DNA of 64,000 bases, taken from NCBI RefSeq assembly GCF_964194025.1, contig NC_134471.1, positions 53,568,001 through 53,632,000 of the forward strand, in the 5' to 3' direction. This DNA comes from Convolutriloba macropyga (lineage: Eukaryota). A program made the position numbers and the translations under genes. Positions 28,067-37,550 of the stretch are shown here, piece by piece (positions within the stretch are counted from its first letter, which is position 1; every line of letters starts with the position of its first letter). The notes under the pieces are model-generated. The model saw only the letters and a program-made list of their open reading frames with translations, was not told the origin of the DNA and searched no databases.

Positions 28067-31000
28067 ATGGCGTCCGTTGCAACCGCCGACATTCCATCTA
28101 CCTCGTCACCATCTCCACCAGGAGATACTGCCCTAGAACCGTCACCCACTCCTCCGCCACCCCAAGTGCCTTCTCAACAGTCCTCGTCTGCTAATAGGGA
28201 TAGTGGTGCGCCTTCTTCTCTGGTCCCTCCCCCTTCATTCCCTAGTGCAAGCCAGCGACTTCATTCTGCCTCGGAAGTGACGTGGCGAACCTTCAAAGAG
28301 TGTGTTAAAGGCAAGCCATCAAAGCGCATTTTGTTATTCTTTATGAACACATTCCGATAAAAGGAAATAATTCAGAATTATCATATATTTCATGTACAAA
28401 GATTTGGATATTAACTCTGAATATCAGTTGAGCGATTTAATTTTTTTTTAGTGAACTGAGATATTTTTGCGTCAAATTTATTTTAGAAGTAAATTGGTTC
28501 AAGTTAAAATATATGGCTGTTGAAGAATGGTTCCACATTGCACATTTCACAGAGGAGTCGACTTGTTTATATTGAATCAATTTTCGATTGCTCTTTATTT
28601 GAAAACTCTATTTCTATTACCAGGTGAGGCCAAATTCGTATGTGATGACTACAAGGGCATGCAGGACATGAACGATCACGTGACAGACAAGCTGCGTCAA
28701 ACCAGAGAAAACATGAACAGTATTGGCAATGAGATTCAAATGTTGAATGACCAGTCTGGACAAGTCGAGGCTTACTTAAAGGCACCGTGTTCTGGCTTTT
28801 AAAAAAAGATGTGAAATTTGCGACAGCTAATTGGTAGCTGCATTAAGATAGCGGGGTCAGTTGGCGTCTGTTTAATATCTGCACAGCGATAGCTGGGGCT
28901 ATTATTGGCTTTCTCCTCGTTTTTTTTACGACTCGAAGAGGAGTATTGGTTTTCTTAAGGTTTGTTGGCGACTCGAAGAGGAGTATCGGCTTTCTTAAGG
29001 TTGTTTTTTTTTTACCGGAAGTACCATTTGTTCAGACAGCGTTTTGACATAAAAGCGAAAATGTTAAATTACCGTATGAACTTTTTTTCTGAGCAAGAGA
29101 AGTTTTTTGATCATGCGCATCGATCAGTGAATGACTTTTCGACTTTGGAAAGTGTGTTTTGACAGAATGCCGCATATAGATAATCATTTTTAGCCGTTTT
29201 TTTTTGTCGAATTGGGTCAATTTTTTGCTTATAATTTATTTTGAAGAAATAGTTTTTAATAGAAGCTGTATTAATTTGCGAACCCCTGAAATTGATACTA
29301 CAGTGTTTTAAAAGTCTGATAATGCGTTTTAAATTCGAAATGAGCACATTTTGCCCAATTTCATTATTGGCTTTTTAAATTCATTTTTCAATTTTTGATC
29401 TTGAAGCAAATTTTTCTTCAACAATTAGTGCATATGGCTATTTAACTTTGATATTTCATGCAATGAATGCATCTTTATAGCGCGAATGTTGTTGTTTGAT
29501 AGAATGGTACACATGCTTGCCCGATTTTGGCAGTTTTTTGTCCAATTCTGTTTTTTGTTTGTTTTTTTTTTTGGAATTAATTACTAGAAAAAGTCTCGGT
29601 GTGCACTGTCATGGATCTTAATTTAATTTTACTATCAATCAAATAATTTTTGTGGCGTTTAGTATTTGAAATTCTGCATGATTTTTTTCATAAGTACAAT
29701 ATTTGAAAATTTTGCGACAATTTAACTGCAAATTATTTTCTTGTTTCCAATCCCTGAACTAAGTTTCTACATTTTAAACTATACAGGAGGATAACTTCAC
29801 AATTTTAGGCTAAATAAGGAAATTTAATTGTTTTTCTGCTTAATATTTTTTATCACTTTGACTGCTATGTTTCCAAAATCAAGAACAGTTTTTGTTTGTG
29901 TTTAATTGATCTCAAACGAAGTTTGTAGCAATTATATTAGTCCTGTCAGTCTTTTTATGAGATTTTTCGCTTGACCGATTTCTCGCCTGACGCTTTTGAC
30001 TTTTCGTCCTGAAAAATGNNNNNNNNNNNNNNNNNNNNNNNNNNNNNNNNNNNNNNNNNNNNNNNNNNNNNNNNNNNNNNNNNNNNNNNNNNNNNNNNNN
30101 NNNNNNNNNNNNNNNNNNNNNNNNNNNNNNNNNNNNNNNNNNNNNNNNNNNNNNNNNNNNNNNNNNNNNNNNNNNNNNNNNNNNNNNNNNNNNNNNNNNN
30201 NNNNNNNNNNNNNNNNNNATAATAATCAAAAAGTGGGCGATGTGAACAATCTGAAATATTGACTTTTTAGTCGGCGGTAAATTACTTGTATTATGAAATG
30301 ATGACTTTTAGTCTGACAAGGACAAGAATAAATTATTTAGTACAACTTAATGAATATGAACTAAAATAGGTACAACCGTACCACACAAGGCTAGGGAAGT
30401 GGCTACCAGAAAAGCGGTGTTTTAGTGTGAAATTGTTTCTTATTAAAATGTTGCTCGCAATCGGTGTGTTTAAGGCGAATCGAAGTTGTGTGGCGTTTTT
30501 ATTGGCAAAGCTATGGGGTTCTTGTGTAATCAAAATTCTTAATCATAGGTTAGGGAAAACAATATGATCAATTATACTTTTGTAATAGGTGAATTGAAAC
30601 AAAGGCGGTTTTTTTCGCCAAATAGACTGGAGGTTCATTTTTTAATCGTCTCACAAACGAACTATTTGTTGGGTACCTTTTTTGCTCCATTTCATGGTTA
30701 ATTTAAAAACAGAATTCCAGATAAAAAAATCGGAGATAGCTGTATTGGTATAGCATCTCAACTGAGATAACTAGAATTCTTAAATTTTTCAAAAATTCAA
30801 AATTTTCCAACTGAATATTGCAAAAACTGAAATTTGTGACTGCATTGTTGCTTCAACGGACCAAGGGGCTTTTTTGTCCGTTTGGACAGGTGCGTTCTTT
30901 CGAGAGCATATGTACTTAAGAAGATGACTGAATGTTCCGATATACATCTCAAGTTTATCAAAAACTTTTATGAGTCGAACAGATCTATTGACTGTCCAAT

Positions 31001-34000
31001 TTTTGAAACTCAAATTGGAGCATTTTTCCGTAGCAACCTTGAGTACGACTCAGCTAGCAAAAAGTGAGTATTTCAGAACCCTCATGTTAATATAATTTTA
31101 CCAGTGAAAAAACCAATTGCGTTGTCAAACATTTTGCAATGAATAACTCATTTTCATGAGTCCTAAATTTCACCTATTGAAAATTTATATTAAACGAAAA
31201 AAAAACAACCAAATTTAAAATCTTATATGTTTGTAATTATAAAATTTCAATGGGTGCTCTTTTTGAACTTTAGAACTCTATGAAAATGATTTATTCATTG
31301 CTAAATAATTGACAACGCAATTGGTTTTTCCAATGGTAAAATTATATTCACATTGAAATACTCACTTTTTGCTAGCTGAGTCGTACTCAATGTTGCTACG
31401 GAAAAATGCTCCAATTTGAGGTTCAAAAATCGGACGGTCAATAGATCTGTTCGACTCAAAAAAGTTTTTGATAAACTTAAGATGTATATCGGAACATTCT
31501 GTGCTAGGCACAGTCCCGCGCCAGATATCTTCTCGAGTAAACATGCTCTCAAATTAATGTACCTGTCAAAACGGACAAAAAGATCTTTGGCTCTTCGAAA
31601 TAGGATCTATAATATATTGTATAGGTGTAAAAACTTTCCCCATTAGTTAAGAGTTGCAGTTGCTTTATCGCAAGCAACTCAAGCTGGTGTTTTCTGGTGT
31701 ATAGTAGTTTCGTATTTCAATTAATTTTGGAACAACTAGAGAAAGTTTTCAAAAGTCAATTGAGAAGAACGGAGTAGTGTTGAAAAAGTTTTTCTTTCAA
31801 ATTTTGCTCGGAACAATTCTTCTGCCGGTGTTTCAATGTTTCTATCTGTGATCACTTAAACTAATAGTCAAATGGAAACCTTAGTTAACTGGTTTACATG
31901 ATTCTGGAAACTATCTTGCAGCAATTAAGTAAAAAAATTCCCTACTTAATTAAAAAAAAGAATTTGGATTGTTGTTTTTAGATTGTTGGATTAATAACCT
32001 CGAAAGGAATCCTAACGAGGTTCCGTTATATAGGATATCAAAATAATTGAACGGCTAATCAATATGTTCTCAAATGGACATCGAAAGAAACAAACAATAT
32101 TTATTTCTCTAAATTAAAAATATCTTTTGTTCTTTCTTTCCTTCGAAGAGATATTTTCTTGTTATCTTTTTGAATGATCCTTATTGAACCAATTATTTAT
32201 TAATTGCTCTTGAACGAAGCTCATAGCAATTATTGTAAACGTTCGTGTCTTTTATATGCAAATTTTTCGCTTGACAATTTTGCGCTCTTCTTCTAGAACA
32301 TTCTTTGACTTCTCAAGTGACTTTTTTACGCTTTCGCTCATCATTTTGAAGGATCTTTATTGCTCTCTCCGAAGTAAAGCTTGTTGCTAATATATAATCG
32401 TTTGCAGTTCGGAAAAATAAGTGACTCATAGTGCAGTGGTTAGTGCATGTGGCTATTGATCGAGAGGTCAAGGGTTCGAATCCCGTTGGGGGCAAGGTTT
32501 TTTGCACCCGTAAAGAAAAATTGATTTAGGCTACAGACCCTGAATTAAATTGCCTCGCCTGTCGTTCAAGAGCAATTCTTCCGACATTAGTCGGTTTGTG
32601 TTAAAATTAATTCAATGAGATAAGGCCAGGTGAGTGTGTGTCACTCTAATTGAAGATTCCCTGATAGAAGCAGCAATAATCTATTCAGATTCACATTTGT
32701 CGGCTTATGTTTTTTAATGTTAAATTAAACGGCTTAAGGACTAAGATGCAAACTTATAGGATTTAGCGTGAATTTGTAGATATTTACAAGAAAACTAAAG
32801 TATTTCAATTCCAAAAATTTTCTGATTTGAGTTGTTTGTTTCTTAATGAATGCCAAACTTTATTAGTTACTGATTCACAATTGCAATTAAGTATAATTAG
32901 AAGTCAATTGTTACCCTGTTGAATATTACAGATCGGGAATAAAAAATTTTCAAGAAAGTAGAAAGTACAGTTCGTTTTTTTAATCAAAATTTTAGATGTT
33001 CTGTTGTTCCGGTAGCAAGAATCCCATAATTCTGCAACTCAAAAGGTCAATTTACGTCAAATTGCAAATGAACAACGGGATTTGGGCTCTTCGTAAGCTA
33101 CCTTAGAAATTGACAAAAAAATTTATTTGTTTCATCTTCAGGTATTTTCAGTTGCCCCCTTTGTTTAATCAACCTCTCGGAGGCCCTAATCTAAACAGCA
33201 AATAGTTTGTTTAGGACGCCAGAGAGATCACCATAAAATTGAATTAATATTTCAATTGTGTTTTGTCGCTCTCCAGAAAAATTGTTTCCTGTGTTTCTCG
33301 TGTACATCAGGAGTATCACAGGCGTTCAATTGGATTCAATTTCCAGCGAATCAATCGCTAGAAAAACAAGTACAAGGTACTATATTTTTCAAAAATTAGG
33401 TTAAGATTTAAAAGGAAAAAGAAGAAACAATTTGTTTTCCGTTCAAGAAATAATCTTCTCAGTTTTTTGATTTCCACGTTCTATTATATTTTATTTTACA
33501 TACATCGGACACCTTTTTAATTAGTCTGCAGAAAAAATTTTAAAACCATACTTTAAAATAATATGTAAGAGAAGGAGCCCGTGAACACGTTTTTTAAACA
33601 GTGAGAAATCGTTTGTTTTTTAAAAAAATTGTATCATAGCCAACAGATTGACGCAAACTAGGCTGTTGGCCTACTTGAGGCACGTCAAAATCGAAATTGA
33701 AAAAGAAAAGATAGAAAGTGACAGAAGTTTCTCTAAGCGTTAAAAGGTGTTCTAATTTGGTGTGCAAATTCAATGTTCTTAAAGTATACTTAATTATCTT
33801 CTAGACTAAAGGTTGTTTAGCGTTCAATTGATGATAGCTAGCAATCGCTAAAATGAAGTTTGATCACCTAATGAACTATGACTCATTGAAAGAGCTTATC
33901 CCGTTTTTTTCTCTCATTTTCACTCTCATAAAACGTGATCGAAGGGTAAAACCAATTTAAAGAAAACATAGGCATAAGAATTCGGGAAACGACTCAAAGT

Positions 34001-34927
34001 CCTCTCTGTCGACACAACTTTTCAATTAACTTTTTTCAATTAACTGGTACTTACTAAAGGGACTAACAAAACTCCAAAAAAATGAGAAAAAAGAATTCGA
34101 AAAAAAAAACAACTGAACTAAAAATTAGACAAAATCAATTGATTCTTTATAAAAGGTGTACACATAGCAATGAAATCTTTGTATCTATTGGCTCACACAT
34201 CATTAGGTCAGCCACGCCATGCTCACAAAATAATTTTGCTGTTTAAAAAACGAAAAATTGCATGAAATTGACAAAAAAAATTTTGCGTCATTTTTCTCCG
34301 CAAAAAGTTTAGTAGCAGAAACTAATGTTCTGCGAAATACTAAATATTGTGAGCAGATAGCATCGTTTCAATTCCCAATGATTGTGATTAATCAAAATTA
34401 TGGCGAAAAAATTGCTAAAAAAATAGCTTAAATTTTCGCAAAATACCTGAAAAAGCTCAAATTATTTAGAAAAAGTTTTCACGACTTTATTCTGATCATA
34501 AACAGCGTATAACATAACCTAATGTAATGGCAGTTTTATTACAACACAATTATTTTAATTTTCGTAAACATAATGTCTTCCCCCTTTTTCCGTTCCTTCT
34601 CGTTTTCCATTTTTGTAGTTATCTATCTCCCCCTTTTTAACATGCGATAAAATTTGTAGTTTTATAAAAACCAAAAGTAGATAATGTTTGCCTTTTTTCG
34701 TTACGATGTGTAAACAAGGTGAAAATTTGACTGAAAAAAAACTTGTGTATATATTCCCCCATTTTGAAAAAAAATGTTGGAGCAATATTTTTTGTCAGAA
34801 CGCGTTGCTTACCTAGGAAGTGGATGTGATTTGTGAGAAGATAGACAACTTGGAGAAGGTTGCTGTTGGTTTGGATGCTTACACGAGAAGTCTTGAAGCC
34901 AAATATAAATCTTTGTTAAAACAGTAG
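28067..34927 (+). CDS. BLOC1S2: BLOC-1 complex subunit 2
   Basis: Exons 28067-28310, 28624-28781, 34817-34927. The spliced peptide KGEAKFVCDDYKGMQDMNDHVTDKLRQTRENMNSIGNEIQMLNDQSGQVEAYLK|EVDVICEKIDNLEKVAVGLDAYTRSLEAKYKSL aligns without gaps to human TGELTATSEDYKLLENMNKLTSLKYLEMKDIAINISRNLKDLNQKYAGLQPYLDQINVIEEQVAALEQAAYKLDAYSKKLEAKYKKL (recalled). Both donors are AAG|GC. Confidence 0.9.
30019..30218. other. Assembly gap (200 N)
   Basis: Run of exactly 200 N, a typical fixed-size scaffolding gap. Confidence 0.99.
30852..31599. repeat. Long inverted repeat / foldback MITE-like element (~340-360-bp arms, loop under 50 nt)
   Basis: 30852-~31190 is the reverse complement of ~31238-31599 with scattered mismatches and small indels. 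The mirrored ORFs 30882(+) and 31362(-) share TECSDIHLKFIKNF.ESNRSID.PIFE.QIGAFFRSN.EYDSASKK. Confidence 0.92.
32202..32602 (+). mobile_element. HINE-like element, family A, carrying a tRNA-like insert
   Basis: 5' AATTGCTCTTGAACGAAGCTCATAGCAATT; 3' TCGTTCAAGAGCAATT + CCGAC-ATTA-GTCGG + TTTGTGTT. Confidence 0.75.
32422..32494 (+). pseudogene. tRNA-derived sequence (tRNA-Asn-like pseudogene or SINE head)
   Basis: A-box TAGTGCAGTGG and B-box GGTTCGAATCC at tRNA spacing; D and T arms pair. The anticodon position reads ATT. The acceptor and anticodon stems are mismatched. A T6 run follows at 32498. Confidence 0.75.
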
Positions 34928-35625
34928 TTAAAACAAGTTTCACAACAGAATAATTTATTTTTTGTCAAATGAGTACTTTCATATTCTCAGCTATGAGTGT
35001 TAACAGAAGCAGAACAAACTAATTGATACCAGAGGGACAATAAATGGAAGAATATACCACTCATGGCAGCAAAGTAGATTTTTTATGCTGTGGTCTGCTA
35101 AGCAATCTATGATCTCTAGAAATCTGGAAATACTGTCTGTATACAGTGTGTTTCAGCTGCTTCCAATCATTTCAGTTCCAAATATTTCATAATTAATATC
35201 CTGTAAAGCTTTGAATCTTTTGTTGCAATGTTTATAATTTTGCTTTGAAGGCCATAGCCATATCAAATATCAGAAATGTTACTATGACTGAAACTGAACA
35301 TGCTGTTTCGTAACCTGATAACATCTGCTCAAAAAAGGCACCAATGCCAGGAAAAAAAAACATCGAAGTTGTTTAACATTGTATACTTCTTGTTATATTA
35401 ATTCGGAACTGTTTCCTGTTCAGTTTAACCGTCTATAATTGACAGTTTCACACCCTGATAATGATGTGTTAAAGGTAATAACTGGTCCCACCTAGCTATC
35501 AGGCTATTCAAACCATTATAAGTTCAAAAAGCTCATTTAACGGCACACATTTGTTAAGAAAACTAAAATTTTACTAACGGGGGAAATGAAACAGTTCCAT
35601 TACATCAAAGTTTATACGAATAATT

Positions 35626-36528
35626 TCACCACACAAAAGGAATGTATGCTTTTCGCTGTTTTGGATAGTTTTTGAAGTTAGTCTTGTAAAACTGGTGATA
35701 CTGCACTGCACGAGGCGCTAGATTGGCAAAAGTAAAAAACGCAAATGCCCATTGCCCGATACAACCCGAAGCTAGAGCGTAGCCGAACCATTCCAAAGTT
35801 TCTCCGAAGTAATTAGGACACGAGACGAAATCAAAGAAACCACCCTCGGGCATTATGTAATCGCTTGTTCGGCTCTTTGTTGCGTAATCGTCGTCGCGTT
35901 TCGTCTTCTCGTTATCACCCGAGCCGTTTCCGTTCCCATTTTTGATTTTCCTGTCACGTTTTGTCCTCAAACTGATGAGATAATAATCACTTTTGATGTT
36001 TATAATGGCTCCTGTCCAAAATATCACTAAACCGAGGTAGTAAAAAGTCGAACTTGAGCTGAGCTCGTTCCTTGATAAAGATGCGCCTTGTAGGTAACCG
36101 TTCCAAACGCAGAAAATGAAGCCTAAGACATGCGTGATGAACGGATTAGGTCGTTTAGGCTTTGTGAACATCGGAAATATAAACGATCGATGAAAATAGT
36201 GCAAAGAGAACAGCATTAAAAGTAGTCTATTGCGAGGATTTGAGTTAAAGAACCGTGATTCGGCTGAGCTGAGGTAGTATACTGCAATGATAAACGAAGG
36301 GGCTTCCTGCACAATCCAACCAACTTTACTGTTTATTGAGAATTGGGTGCTGAAAGTATGTGCAAAACGGCCATAAGCTGCGGGCACTTTTAGAAATTGC
36401 TCCACACTGAAGGTTATGGCACCGCTGATAATCATGAAGTACGCAAGAAACGTAACGAGGAATGGCTCGTTTAGCCAGTTAGAGTTGTCGTGGTAGTATT
36501 GCAAGCCCATCTGAAAGATCGAAGACAT
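35626..36528 (-). CDS. SRD5A1: 3-oxo-5-alpha-steroid 4-dehydrogenase (steroid 5-alpha-reductase, SRD5A1/2-like), single coding exon
   Basis: 300-aa ORF with the family motifs AAYGRF, GWIVQEAPSF, HYFHRSFIFP, NGYLQG, INIKSDYYLISLR, PEGGFFDFVSCPNYFGETLEWFGYALA, NLAPRA..HQFY, YPKQRKAYIPFVW. Confidence 0.95.
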   Translation of the reverse strand: MSSIFQMGLQYYHDNSNWLNEPFLVTFLAYFMIISGAITFSVEQFLKVPAAYGRFAHTFSTQFSINSKVGWIVQEAPSFIIAVYYLSSAESRFFNSNPRNRLLLMLFSLHYFHRSFIFPMFTKPKRPNPFITHVLGFIFCVWNGYLQGASLSRNELSSSSTFYYLGLVIFWTGAIINIKSDYYLISLRTKRDRKIKNGNGNGSGDNEKTKRDDDYATKSRTSDYIMPEGGFFDFVSCPNYFGETLEWFGYALASGCIGQWAFAFFTFANLAPRAVQYHQFYKTNFKNYPKQRKAYIPFVW

Positions 36529-37550
36529 CTTTGAGATAGAAAGCGACTCAGTTACTGATCGCTGTTAAGTAAATTTAATTTAGCAATTAATGATTTGGAC
36601 TTTATTGACAGTTTAAAGTTGGTTTACAATGAATCTAAACCGTGTCAGATAATTGGCAAATATTGGACTCAGTAAGATAAGAATGTTTCGATCTCGCAAT
36701 GAATCACTAGCACGCTCAAAGAAGATTCTCAAAATAAGTAAAGATTTTGTAATTTTTGAAAATGACGACAAAATGACTCCCGTTTGCTCACGCCTTTGTG
36801 AGTTAGCTCACGCCTTTGTGAGTTAATAAGTTGGTTATGAAAAACTAATTTATTGGCCTCCAAAAATATACCAATCTTGTGACTTGAGTAGTCGTGTCTT
36901 ATGATAATAATAGTTCAATATTCTCTATTTTTGGTGATAAATCAATCAAAATCACATTTTTCGTTGCGTTTCTCTGCTTTCTTATTCAGCACTAAAGTTC
37001 ATTGTCCTATTAAGTGTCGCGTTTGTTCGTACCATTGGTAGCATCACATTTTTACCTCAAGTTAATAAGAGTTCATTGTTGATGTCATGCGGTTTGAAGG
37101 CCTAGTTGTAAAAAAAACGAACTGCCATTTCTTAAAAAAATAGGTTTCCCGAGAAAAAAAAAGCTGGAAACTATCACAACAAGGCGTTTAAAAGTACTTT
37201 GACTAAAACCTCTGCAAAAAATGTTCTTGTAAAAATCTTGTATCTTGCTAGGCTGTTCGTTGGACACTGATTAGTTGCGCTCAATCGCACTGTGAAAAAG
37301 CCTTGGATAGGAGTTTACTAATCGAAATGAGGAATTTGCAGGAAAAATTCAAATAACGAAAGAATTTTTTTATGAATGCTTCCTTTTTTTCGAAATGGTT
37401 TCAACCTGGTTTCAAATGGGTTCTCATTTTTTTATCTGAAATGGTTTCAACCTTTTAAATTCAAAGTGTATCTTTGTTATATAGTATACAAAGACTGATT
37501 AAAAGGGACATATAGAAAGTTGATTGTAATTTTAATTTCAGAATGCGCTA

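Noticed and set aside
29912-30262. ORFs spanning X runs
   Set aside because: Artefacts of the N gap.
32422-32494. Functional tRNA-Asn gene
   Set aside because: The acceptor and anticodon stems are broken, the anticodon is ATT rather than GTT, and it sits inside a mobile element.
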